DNA of 64,000 nt, taken from Octopus vulgaris. Its lineage: Eukaryota. The DNA lies in the NCBI GenBank assembly GCA_951406725.2, contig OX597826.1, positions 62,930,001 to 62,994,000 on the forward strand, read 5' to 3'. A program made the position numbers and the translations under genes. Position 1 is the first letter of the stretch. Every line of letters starts with the position of its first letter. Below, in pieces: positions 26,384 to 39,248 of this stretch. The notes under the pieces were generated by a model. It saw only the letters and a list, made by a program, of their open reading frames with translations, was not told the DNA's origin and did not search any database.

Positions 26384-26954
26384 CATACATACATATGTAC
26401 GTATATATATATATATATATATATGCATGTGCACACACATACATTCATATATCCACGCATATACACATGCATACATTGGACGCACACATACATATATACC
26501 TGCAAATACAGACAAACAGGTATTCATACTTACACACATGCACACATAAACGAATACAGACGCACATATGTACATACATACTTAAAATTAAATGGGTCAT
26601 CTGTCACTTGCTATAATGAACGTTACATTCAGTCAGTTTACGGACCAATCTACGCGTTCTACTAGCGTAATAAGTGGTTTAGTAGAAAAGTGTAAACGAT
26701 ACAGACAACAAGCACGTCGAACATATACGTCCATCATCAGCAGCCTAATAGTTATCATGAGAGTTTCGACACCTAGACAGTTAAATTCAACCTACAAGTG
26801 ACAACAATATTAAAAACGTAAACACTGACTGAAATTTAAGAGACAAGTATTAGTGATCAAATATTAAGTTAATACGTCAATTGTGTCTACACCTGCTTAT
26901 TATTGGTTTCAAATTTTGACATAAGCCCAGAAAGCGGATTAAATAGATTCTAGT

Positions 26955-27230
26955 ATACAAGTGGTACTTATTTTTATCGATTACGAAAGGATTAATTGCA
27001 AAGTGGAGCTGGCAGAAGTTGAACTCAGAACGCTGCTAAGTATTTTGTTCAATGTTCTAACGATTCTGCCAGCGCGACGCTTACACTACCTTATTATTAC
27101 AAATGTAGACTTAAGGCGGCGAGCTGGCAGAATCGTTAGCACGCTGGGCGAAATGATTATCAGTATTTCGTCTGGTTCTAAGTTCAAATTACGCCGAGGT
27201 CGACTTTGCTTTTAATCCTTTCCAGGTCGA
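26955..27230. mobile_element. Two partial family D SINEs head-to-head (26955-27080 minus, 27112-27230 plus)
   Basis: CTAACGATTCTGCCAGC (minus copy head) and GCTGGCAGAATCGTTAG (plus copy head) are reverse complements. Confidence 0.72.
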
Positions 27231-27835
27231 TGCCTAGAGTAGAAATAAATATAAGAAATGTAGACATTAAATCAAAAAACATGAATCGTTTCATTACTTT
27301 ATCGACAAAAAAGTACTACATATAAAACAGAAATACCTTAAGAAAAAAACCATTGCTACAGCAAGTTAAAGAGATTCTAGTGAACTGAACGTATGGAGCA
27401 AAAATTAATTAACCTAGTAGAAAACACAGATTACTAATATATAAAACTGAAAATAATAATAACTTTTTCAGTACGCTGAGAATATTACATGAAATGCCAA
27501 TGTAATATGAAGAAAGAAGACCATGCATTGACTTCACCTTAAGGCATGCACCATCCCAGTTCGCTAAGGTAATCTCAAAACTAGAAAATGCTAGAAGCAG
27601 CGTTAGCCACACGCTGTGGTAACCAAGCCCTAATACCAAGCTAGATATTTAACCTCTATATATATACACACCCACACACATACGTATACACACGCATATA
27701 TATATGTATATACATATGTGTGTATGTATAGGTATAGGTGTATACATATATATTTATATGTATAGGTATATATCTTGGCCAAAGGTCCTTCAGACACCAA
27801 AGGATCATAAGATTTGTTTCCATGATGCTGTGGTG

Positions 27836-27869
<34 letters not shown>

Positions 27870-28057
27870 CGAGGGTGAGTTAAAAAGTAATGCCATTTTG
27901 TTTAGGACAGGTATAATTACCAACACAGAAACATGTATCATACATCAAAATGAAGCTGGTCCTCTGTGAATCGCATCCCTACTTCTCAACATAGTCACCG
28001 TTTCTCTCAATAGCAATGTTTCATCTTCGAATGAGAGCATGTATTACTGCCCCGTAA

Positions 28058-28060
<3 letters not shown>
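27870..28060 (-). mobile_element. Mariner 3' end with TIR
   Basis: TA-CGAGGGTGAGTTAAAAAGTAATGCC TIR. Minus strand IHALIRR*NIAIERNGDYVEK* is a typical mariner C-terminus. Truncated at a (TTA)n tract. Confidence 0.8.
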
Positions 28061-28099
<39 letters not shown>

Positions 28100-28722
28100 G
28101 TTGTTGTTATTATTATTATTATTATTATTTTTATTGGCACTTCATTCGGTGTGACCGTTGTGGCTGATGAAAGCATAAGCGCTCTTCGCAATACTATTAA
28201 GGTTGTTGCATGTTTTCAGCACTGAGTCTACTAAAAACAGATTCAATACGATAAGAAACAACGCACAAACCGCCCAGAAATTTCATATCTTTTCTATAAA
28301 TCTGTATTTATAGAAAAGTTCAGCTCTTTCACTATTCTCTTTCACCATTCTCAATCTCAGCGAGGTTTTTCTATAAATCAATATCAATACCAGAGGAATT
28401 TACTCCCAGTGGATCAACCTTCCAACTTAAAAATCGCTGAATTCAACTTTCATATCATTATGGACGTTTTTCAAATTTTCAACATATTAGGAAAGCTTAC
28501 GGTTTTGCTATCGAATCTCAAGAGAAGGCAAGCTGTGACTATGCACCAACTCATGGCGTCCTATATTAATTTCAAATAACGTGATCTTTCCAACAAAAGC
28601 GATAAATTTAAGAGTAAATTGTGCCTGCCATATTAAGTTTTACAAACATATGTGATATAAAATATATCACACCCGATAATACCAGCTTTTACTGTTCAAC
28701 AAGTTGTTTATTATTCAGAATA

Positions 28723-29075
28723 GACGCAGTAGTGGCTGTGTGGTAAGTAGCTTGCTTACCAACCATATGGTTCCGGGTTCCTTGTGAGTGGATTTGGTAG
28801 ACGGAAATTGAAAGAAGCCCGTCGTACATATGTATATATATATGTATATGTGTGTGTGCGTGTATGTTTGTGTTTGTCACCTAGCATTGCTTGACAACCG
28901 ATGCTGGTGTGTATACGTCCCCGTAACTTAGCGGTTCGGCAAAAGAGACCGATAGAATAAGTACTGGACTTACAAAGAATAACTTCCGGGGTCGAGTTGC
29001 TCGATTAAAGGCGGTGCTCCAGCATGGCCGCAGTCAAATGACTGAAACAAGTAAAAGAGTAAAAGAGTAAAGAGT
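28723..29075 (+). mobile_element. SINE family C with a deletion after the B box
   Basis: Colinear with 23300-23723. Confidence 0.88.
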
Positions 29076-29482
29076 AATTAAGAGACCGACTTCCGAAAGG
29101 GCAAAAACCTTTTCAGAGCCATTTTACTCCTGTGCACCATAGATAAATACAGGTATATTAAATACCATAAAACATAATTTTTTGATTTATTAAAATTATC
29201 TCTACCTCAAGAGGATTTATCATAATTACCAAATTGTAATTAGTTCCAGGTCTACTTGAGAAAGAGCGTTAATCCTAATAATCAAGACAGGAAAAGGACA
29301 GGTTTATTGCTTGGATATAAGGGGACAGTTGTGAACTTCAGTATGCATCACTGGGCGTCCACATTGCATTACTTTGTTACAAATTCCCCAAAACGATGAT
29401 CGTGAAATGCATTTGATTTTAATAAGGTAGATGTGTAATTCTTACAAGAGTTAAAGCATCTTACAGATTGTTACTCTCTTGA

Positions 29483-29718
29483 TAAGGCGGCGAGCTGGCA
29501 GAAACGTTAGCGCGCCGGGCGAAATGCGTAGCCGTATTTCATCTGCCGTTACGTTCTGAGTTCAAATTCCGCCGTGGTCGACTTTACCTTTCATCCTTTC
29601 GGGGTCGATAAATTAAGTACCAGTTACGCACTGGGGTCTATATAATCGACTTAATCCGTATGTCTGTCCTTGTTTGTCCTCTCTGTGTTTAGCCCCTTGT
29701 GGGTAGTAAAGAAATATA
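29483..29718 (+). mobile_element. SINE family D, full length, 12-bp TSD, Nin/Deu-like central domain, L1/Tx1-like tail
   Basis: TSD TTACTCTCTTGA at 29471-29482 and 29719-29730. B box GAGTTCAAATTCC. Central CCTTTCATCCTTTCGGGGTCGATAAATTAAGTACC. Confidence 0.9.
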
Positions 29719-29825
29719 TTACTCTCTTGACAAAACATTGACGTATATTCTAAGTCTGATGTATTTTGTTTTTAAAATAAGTAATGAAACCAAGTGTAAA
29801 CAAATCGCAGTAACTTTTAAGTGTC

Positions 29826-30245
29826 TCTTTACTCTTTTACTCTTTTACTTGTTTCAGTCATTTGACTGCGGCCATGCTGGAGCACCACCTTTAGTCGAGC
29901 AAATCGACCCCGGGACTTATTCTTTGTAAGCCCAGTACTTATTCTATCGGTCTCTTTTGCCGAACCGCTAAGTGACGGGGACGTAAACACACCAGCATCG
30001 GTTGTCAAGCAATGCTAGGGGGACAAACACAGACACACAAACATATACACACACACTTATATATATATATATACATATATACGACAGGCTTCTTTCAGTT
30101 TCCGTCTACCAAATCCACTCACAAGGCATTGGTCGGCCCGGGGCTATAGCAGAAGATACTTGCCCAAGATGCCACGCAGTGGGACTGAACCCGGAACCAT
30201 GTGGTTGGTTAGCAAGCTACTTACCACATAGCCACTCCTGCGCCT
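29826..30245 (-). mobile_element. SINE family C, full length
   Basis: Reverse complement of 23300-23723. Confidence 0.9.
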
Positions 30246-30732
30246 ATATTACAATTTACTTTAAAAATATTTCATTTTTTGTATTTGTCAAGAGAAGGCA
30301 AGCAAAATGGATTGACTGTTGGAGTTGGTTATCTGGCCAAAACCTAATAGGGAAAAGAGTTTTATTATTCCTGAGAATGGATCTTTGCGTTTTCAGAGCA
30401 GCACCATTTGCTCGAAATTGCTCAACTCGTTGCTTTTCATTTTGTTACCTTTTTTTTCTTAACACCTCAGCAATTATATCAGAATATGCTCATATATCTC
30501 AATAACGATTACTTGATCAAAGGCCTGACTTCGATACTTTTATGACAGTTGAAATTAAAACACAACCACAACTAAAACTCCGACGCTATTCTATTGTTTA
30601 ACAACTTTTGAAAATATCTTGGAAATCTCAACGAATGTAAGCAAAACAATTCGATTCAATGTCGATATTCATACCATTCCCCGTTTGCATATATACATAT
30701 ATACATATATATGCATATATACATATATATGC

Positions 30733-30815
<83 letters not shown>

Positions 30816-31540
30816 TACATATACATACATATAGTTATATATAGTTATACACATACATACATATAGTTATATATATATATATACATGCATGCATACACAT
30901 ACATGTGCATATGTATATATATATATGTGTGTGTGTGTGTAAATATATATGTGTGCGTATGTGCATATCTGTATATCTGTATACGTATTATATATATATG
31001 TGTGTGTGTGTGTGTATGTGTGTGTGTGTGTATTATGTATGTATGTTTATAGGGACAGCTCTAGTTAGATCTGATGGTACTGCGCTCAAACGAAATCCAA
31101 ATGGTATAGATTAAAATCATTAGCATTCAGATGCATAATAAGTATGTTTCTTCTGCGTATATATAATACCACGAACATATATAAGAGCGAAGAGAGAACC
31201 ACTAGAAATATATTATAATGTATAATTAATTTGTAACGTATTTCCATTGCACAACAGACGGTGTTGAATAATCTAAGTCTTAGATCAACACATACATATA
31301 CAGCAGATGGAATAAGAAAGCATGGTTCTCATATGTGTATATGTTTGTGTATATATATATGTGTATGTACGTGTATGCGTATTTGTACACGTATGCACGT
31401 ATATAACATGTGTGCGAATTATGTGTGTGTGTGTGTGTGAATCTATACATTCATCGACGAATCCAGCATCCTACTATAAATGATTCCTTCCATTAGAATA
31501 TTAAAAAATAGTTATATATATATAAGTACATATGTTTTGC

Positions 31541-31671
<131 letters not shown>

Positions 31672-31675
31672 TATT

Positions 31676-31731
<56 letters not shown>

Positions 31732-32439
31732 GTATGTATGTATCTTTTAACAAATTACTGTAGAAAAATTTATAAATAATATCCTATTGTAAAAAATTAC
31801 ATTGTTTACGGCTGTAGGCATTCTGTTCGATTACGTATTTCACCAACCGAAAATTATGTATGCATTTATAGAAGAATATATATACATATGTACATAACTA
31901 TATACTAGAAGTAATAACCTCCTCTGGGCGTTTTTACTACTTTATATTTATATTTCGTCTTCTTTTTTGCATATATTGAACTATTATCTATCATATCATG
32001 ATGCAGTGTGGTTTCAGGGAAATGTAATAGTTCGCGTCACGGTGGCTTCTTAAGATGTGTATGAGATAAAGTGTGTATGAGATAAATAGCGTGGTTATGA
32101 TAAGCTGTATCTATCTCTGCATATATGCGTGAATGCGGGAGTATATATGTCTATACGTATCAGCATCTGCATATATTATCTCCTGATTTTTTTGTGTGGG
32201 TGTAAACATATGTGCATGTTTGTGTGTGTATGTGAGTGTGTGTGTGTTGTGTGTGACTGCGTGCGTGCTTGTGTGTTGACAGATTTCACTTTCTCCAGCA
32301 TGACAGAAGATTACCTCTCAATATAGCAATATATGTCAGCTATACGAATCGAAGCCGAGGGAATTGTGCGAATCAAATGGTATTTTCGTCATGTATTCTT
32401 TACTTTAAATATTGTGTTTCTTTGATCTTTTCGTTTCAC

Positions 32440-33680
32440 AGAATGAATCATTTCGAATTAGCTCCTCTGATGGATTCCAGAGTTACTTTTGTGATCAGAG
32501 TTATTTTTACAGCGGATGCAATACATTGTCCAACTTCTTTGTTGACTTTAAATGTAGCTGTAACAACGAGTTACATGTTTGTTTATTCCGGTAATACAAA
32601 AATCTAGAGTCGTGGAACTGATGAACCGTTTGAACGCACTTTCAGCATCGGTTTGATTGTTGAACCCCTTCCCTCGCAGGAAACCAACAAGGTGCTTAAA
32701 GAAGTGGTAGCCGGTAGGAGAAAAATCTGGGGAATAAGCTGGGTGGCGAAGAACTTCGTAACTAAGTTCCCTCAACTTCTGGAACGTCATTAGTGAAACT
32801 TGTGGTCGAGCATTGTTATGAAGAATTCTGTTGACCATTCTGGGACGGAGGAGTAGCAGTTTTTCGTTCATCTCGGTAATTTCATGGCAATATGTTTCTG
32901 AAGTAATGATTTTTCCGGGTTTTAAGACGTTATAGTGGGTGACTCCAGTAGTACACCACTAAGCAGTTACCATAACCTTCTTTTCGAAGAGCTCGTGTTT
33001 AGGGAAGGTTTTCGGTGCTTCATGTTGGTCCAACCTCTGCGAAGAACGTGTTTTTTTTTTTATTACTGTACAGAATCCACCTTTCATCGCAAGTTACAAT
33101 ACGATCGAGAAATGGGTCAGTCTAGTTAAGGAGAAAAAACGAGCAAATTTCATATCTGCGCATTTTCGGATTTTCATTCAAATCGTGTGGCACCCATTTA
33201 TGGTTTCAGGCAGTTTTCTTTCTGACTAACTTGAAGTTCTTTTGTCAGTTCTCGTGCGGTTTTACGTGGATCTTTCTCAATGACGGTCTTCAATTGACGA
33301 TCATTAGTGGTAGATGGGCGTCCACTACGCTCATGATCTTCAAGGCTCAGGTCTCCACAGCGAAATTTCGAGCCGATCAGTCAGTGGTCATTTCTTCACA
33401 AAACGTCACATTGATATCGCGAGCAATTTCAGCTGCTTTACGTCCTCTTTTGAAGTTGAATAACAAAACTGACCGAATATCGCGCTTTGACAGTTCCATT
33501 TCAGATGATTGTAACGACAGTGAACAAATATCAATGTTAATTCATTGATGCATTTGGACAAGTTTGGGTCTGTATTAAAAGGCAATTGCAAAACATGTTT
33601 AAAAAATTCAAAACTCTGCAAAAATCCGGTACAAATTCATCATGGTTCAAAATGTTGCTTACTTTTTACTCAACCTGATA
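32440..33680 (-). mobile_element. Degenerate near full-length mariner transposon
   Basis: ORF 32548-32871 LHNNARPQ...LRELSYEVLRHPAYSPDFSPTGYHFFKHL contains the mariner HDNARPH and YSPDLAPxD motifs in decayed form. TIR-like TATCAGGTTGAGTAAAAAGTAA at the right end. Confidence 0.87.
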
Positions 33681-34249
33681 GATATGTCCTGTTTTAACAC
33701 CATCTGTGTCTCTATATTTATTTCACGGTCTGCATGAGTTTCCCAATAGCTTCGTATGCTGCATAGTTTTACCGATCCATAGTTCATATACATATATATA
33801 TATATACATATATATGAATTTAATACAAAGTCTATAGAATCAAGAATGTCCCGCGCCACGCGAGAGCAGCAACTCATTCTTTATCTTTGGGAAGGATAAT
33901 TGTCAAGTTTTTCTCTGCGAAGAGGTGAGAACAAAATGTAACTCTGTCATTCTACATGCGTTTTTCGATAGTGTGATAATTAATATTTTTAATTAATCAT
34001 GGAAAACTGGAACAAATATAAACGAAATCTTATTTAACATAGGCGCAAAACAATATTTCCCTAACCAGTAGATGTATCACATAGAAAGGCACGCACGATA
34101 CTCACGCTTATGCGCGCGTACACACAAACATATACACATGTGTATACATTCTACACACGCATAAACACATATATATATATACATTTTTAGGAAGGTATAA
34201 TTTGAAGAGAATTTTGGTCCTATTTCTAACAGATCAAGACGCGGTACAG

Positions 34250-34470
34250 AGCGGAAAGCGCATGGCTTAGTGATCAGGGTGACCGTGTTTGAGGAGGTGT
34301 TTGAGGTTGCACTGTGTTTTTGAGGAAAACACTTCCTTTCATCTTATTCTACGATCTTTTCGTCATCTAACATGTGGCACATCGTGCACCTGTACAGAAG
34401 ATGACGATTTAGATCACTACAAACAGTAGCACTCGATCACTACAAACATATCTGTATGATTGTTCAGCAA
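34250..34470 (+). mobile_element. Old SINE (B-like head, different tail), related to 40095-40340
   Basis: GCATGGCTTAGTG head, GAGGAAAACACTT core and TGGCACATCGTGCACCTGT tail are shared in degenerate form with 40095-40340. Confidence 0.5.
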
Positions 34471-34562
34471 GCACGCAGAGTCCATGGTATATGTATGGAC
34501 AGGAGAGTGCAAGGTACACGTCTGTGTGTGTTGGTGTTTGTATGTGTATGTATGTATATATT

Positions 34563-34624
<62 letters not shown>

Positions 34625-34629
34625 TACAT

Positions 34630-34696
<67 letters not shown>

Positions 34697-36329
34697 TTTG
34701 TGCCTTTGAGTTACTTCCTGACCTCATTCATATCGTTTCTAATTAAGTTATTTAACCCAGACCACAAGCTTATTTAAGTAAATTCCTATATCAAAAAGTT
34801 AATTTACTTATCATCAGTATCGGTTAGACAGTCATGATTTGAAGAATTTAGTTGGGCTGACAATTATGGCTCTTCATTAAGTATGTAAATTTAGTTTCTT
34901 TGAACCGTCTACCCTTACTCTTTGAAATTTTCTGACATTGCCGTTAGGTTTCCTTCTCTATTATAGCTAAACCTTCTGTGATCGTATGTCTTCTGGATTT
35001 CCATTGACCGTTTGTAGACAATAAGATAATTTAATAGAGTTATATAATATATTAGCCACGCATAGCGATATGCAAGATGGCTTAGCTCATAAAGATACAA
35101 GTGTGAGAGAGAGAGAGAGCAGCTAATAGAAATATATACGAGAGAAAACTCTTCATATCGATGCACGAAACACCTTTTCCAAGCAAGTCTTACTTAATAT
35201 CCATATTTATATTGGTTTTCCATTCGTTGAAACATCGAGGCGGTATCATGAACCAGTACGCGTTAACGCCACTCGTTAGAACTGGGAACCACATGTTTAA
35301 ATAACAGCTGATACAAACTCAAATATGAAACATAAAGGAGTTTAAATATATGTCTAAAAAGAAAACTTTTGGGTGGTTATACTTGATACACCTTTGAATA
35401 GGATTTCAACAAGATTTGAGTTTAGCTAAACAAGAAGACCATTCAAATGCAGATAAAGATGCAACTAATACATATATGAAGTGCTTTAAGCAAACTAACA
35501 GTAAATATAGCATTACAAAGAGATATGTTTAACTGACATAAGCAGATGGTAAGACTATAAAGCTACGGCTTTCTAACTTGCTCAGGGATTTGTCCTTGTT
35601 ATCTCCTACTGAGGAATGTTAAGGAAACACAATTGCGCCTAGAAGTGTGATAGAAGGCGACACTGAGCAGAAAAAGTATTTTAACACCTTTTACCATAAG
35701 TGAGAACTTTTTCCACAGTAAACTGCAGTGAAACTGGTTTTTAGAAGTTAGAATATGCCAAAAGTACTCTAAAGAAGAAAGATCGTTGCATACTTTAGCG
35801 ATCTCCTTATATTTGCCATTAATTATTTTCTTTAATTATTAGAAATAACAACGTATTTGACTATGCAAATCTTCTGTACACAATTTCGACGAATAAATAA
35901 ACATAAAATAGAGTCACAAGGGAAATGAATTTAATACAAGGTCTATAGGATCAGGAATGTCCCGCGCGAGAGCAACAACAACAATCTATAAATAACCATC
36001 TCTAACAATGGAAGAGGTTTATTGAAGTTTCCCATTGAAATAGCATAATATTTTGATATGGAATAAAGTTTAATGCAGGCTAACTAGTATATATGTTATA
36101 TCTGGGGAAGTGCCATAACAAAGTGCGAGAAATTTAATTTAATTTAATGAAAGCCACAAGGAATTATAATAACTATGTAACTGATTCAATGTAACGAATC
36201 TGCGGTAGTTCATCTTCATAGCACACGTAACCTGATAATATTGAATTGTGTGTTTAATCAATTAACACTCATAATGAAGATACATAGAGAAACAGATACA
36301 TAGATGGATAGATAGACAGATAGATAGAC

Positions 36330-36407
<78 letters not shown>

Positions 36408-36465
36408 CTAGATAGAGAGAGAGAGAGATTGATTGATTGATGGACATTACGTATGCATATACGCG

Positions 36466-36622
36466 TAGCTGTGCGCTAAGAAGCTTACTTCTCACCCACG
36501 CGGTTCCAGGTTCAGTCCTATTGTGTGGTACCTTGGGCAAGTGTCTCCTACTATAGCCTCAGGTCGAGCAAAGCCTTGTGAGCGCATTTGGTAGACGGAA
36601 ACTGAAAGAAGCTCGTCGAATG

Positions 36623-36657
<35 letters not shown>

Positions 36658-36708
36658 GCATACGAATGTATGTATATATATATGTATATATATATATATA
36701 TATATGTG

Positions 36709-36740
<32 letters not shown>

Positions 36741-36762
36741 AATATATATAAATGCATATGAA

Positions 36763-36799
<37 letters not shown>

Positions 36800-37085
36800 T
36801 TATATATATATATACATATGTATATATGCGTGCGTGTGTGTATGTATATATATATATAAATCTGTGTGTGTCGTCGTGTCGGTGCTTGTCCCCCCACCTC
36901 ACCACATGAAAACCGGTGTTGGTGTGTTACGTCAACGTAATTTAGCGTTTAGACAAAAATAACGGATGACAAGTACTAAGCTTAAACAGAGTCCTGAGGT
37001 CGATTTGTTCGGCTAAGACTCTTCAAGGCGGTGCTCCAGCATGGCGGCAGACAAATGACTGAAACAAGTAAAAGAATAAAAGAAT
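36466..37085 (+). mobile_element. SINE family C with a greatly expanded internal TA microsatellite
   Basis: Head 36466-36620, TA-rich tract about 36620-36870, tail to 37085. Confidence 0.82.
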
Positions 37086-37858
37086 AGAAGTACATTATGT
37101 ATGCATACACACAACACATACACACACGCACCACCTCCACCCATACACACACATATATATATATATATACATACATAAATACATACATACATACATACAT
37201 ACATAGAAACATACATACATACACACGTACATACGTAAATGTCGTACGTTAAAAATGAGTACTCAAAACTGCATAGAATAGAATGGTGAATGGAATTTAT
37301 GTATTTCTGTATTAAAGCTATCATCGGTTTCTTGTTAAGAAAAATATCTTAATATCTTAAAAATTATTCAAGTCGAAAACATGGAGGAATGGTATTCGTC
37401 TCTATTTTAGATAAAAAATTAAAAAAACACAGTCTCATGAATTCGCTGAGATTCTCGTAAAGAAATCAAGATATCTTTCGAATGGTAATCTACCTTATGG
37501 CCTTTGGGATAATTAGATGTTTTAAAGTTATATAATTAGTTGGTTTTAAGTTATTAGGTGTTTACAAAAAGTGATCCTGATAGGAGTTTCAAATTAACAT
37601 TACAGAGCTTGTTATTCACTCTTTAAATAGGGAATGTTTAATTACAAACATACACACATACAAGCATACTGTAATGAAATACTCCCCCATTTAAACAGTG
37701 AATTACAAAGTCTAAAATATCAGTTTGAAAATCTCTAGTAATCTCGTAAGCGAGAGATCCCAATCAGAGTCACTTTCTATAAACACCCAATAACTGATGA
37801 ACATCTAATTATTAAAGTGGAAAAATTATTAGAAAGCAATTTCTTTCCAGAAATATGC

Positions 37859-38604
37859 AAAGACACCAACATGCGAAAAGATGAAACCGACTTTAGTACC
37901 ACGTTAAATGTTCATATCGCACCATGAGGTAAAGCGAGGACAAACATTTAAAATAATTAGATCAAGGATTTCTGGTTCTGCTTTAGATATATATCATCAA
38001 TTGAATATATCATACATAAATACAGATATATATATGCACAGCAAACGATATACTTACATATACGAGCGTCGTACATACATACATATATATGACAGCAGTC
38101 TGAATCGCCCGCCAAATCACCGCATAAGTACGATATGGTTAAAATAAGCACCGCAGTGAATATAATAACGAATTATATAAATTTATATATGAGGATAATT
38201 TCGACACTTAAATATCGATATTATCCTCATATATAAATTTATATAATTCGTTATTATATTCACTGCGGTGCTTATTTTAACCATATCGTACTTATGCGGT
38301 GATTTGGCGGGCGATTCAGACTGGCTGTGTCCATACGTGCATATGTATGTATGTACGACGCTCGTATATGTAAGTATATCGTTTGCTGTGCATATATATA
38401 TCTGTATTTATGTACCCTTGATATATTCAATTGATGACGGTAAAGCTTATCTAAAGCAGAACCAGAAATCCTTGGATCTTGAATTATTCAATAATTTTTG
38501 CTTGTATGTTTTGTCCCTCCGCTTTACCTCATGGTGCGATATGAACATTTAACGTGGTACTATAGTCAGTGTTTCGACTGCTATTTCGGCATGTTGGTGT
38601 CTTT
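37859..38604. repeat. Long inverted repeat (arms 37859-38199 and 38220-38604, 20-nt spacer)
   Basis: The inner 104 bp are perfectly complementary (38096-38199 vs 38220-38323). The outer arms differ mostly by deletions in the left arm. Confidence 0.95.
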
Positions 38605-38718
38605 TAGACACCCTCATTTTTAATTGTTAAAATTTTTTTTACCTTTGTAAGGTATTTCTTTCATGCTGGCCACTTGATAATTTCGACACTTAAATATCGA
38701 TATTATCCTCATATATAA

Positions 38719-38727
<9 letters not shown>
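38194..38727 (+). mobile_element. 482-bp hammerhead-bearing unit with ~52-bp terminal redundancy (Penelope pLTR or retrozyme-like)
   Basis: 38194-38245 is repeated exactly at 38676-38727, running into (TA)n. Hammerhead at 38425-38484. Confidence 0.65.
38425..38484 (+). ncRNA. Type I hammerhead ribozyme (C3U core variant)
   Basis: Stem I ATTCAA/TTGAAT; core TTGATGA; stem II cGGT..GCTT/AAGC..ACCa; GAAA; stem III ATCC-tt-GGAT; cleavage triplet AUC at 38476-38478. Confidence 0.7.
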
Positions 38728-38774
<47 letters not shown>

Positions 38775-38904
38775 GTATGTGTGTGTATATATTTATATCT
38801 ATGTATATACATACATATATACATACATAGGTATATATATATACGTATGTGTATATATAGATATGTATATTTATGTATATATATTTGTGTATGTATATGT
38901 ATGC

Positions 38905-38964
<60 letters not shown>

Positions 38965-38979
38965 TGTTATATATGTATC

Positions 38980-39010
<31 letters not shown>

Positions 39011-39093
39011 CGTGTATTTATGAATGTAAAACCACTAGGTCACGAGGTATAGGAGAAGAATATATATATTACTTTAAACAGTGGTTTCCATAA

Positions 39094-39248
39094 GGTCACG
39101 GTCGTTTCGTAACCTTTTTCTTGTGGTATTAATTTTATTATGGCAGAAAATATGCATACATATTTACATTTTATATATGCTCTGCATTATACAATACAAT
39201 TGTTTATACACAATTTAATAAAGAATGCTATCTCATCAGATGACCGGA
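39094..39248 (-). ncRNA. Degenerate hammerhead motif with long stem II insertion
   Basis: Minus strand GGTCAt-CTGATGA-G ... C-GAAA-CGACCG-TGACC. Near-palindromic stem III. The cleavage triplet is damaged. Confidence 0.35.

Noticed and set aside
26640-26745. Minus-strand CTGATGA ... GAACGCGTA hammerhead-like motif
   Set aside because: GAAA is incomplete and stems I and II cannot be formed convincingly.
28165-28205. CTGATGA-AAGC...GCAA motif
   Set aside because: The second core segment is GCAA rather than GAAA, and stems I and III are absent.
28500-28565. Short minus-strand AG...GTAAG candidate exon
   Set aside because: Only about 60 nt, with a weak acceptor and no recognisable peptide. Expected by chance.
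35300-35900. Possible decayed LINE coding sequence
   Set aside because: No diagnostic motif could be read with confidence.
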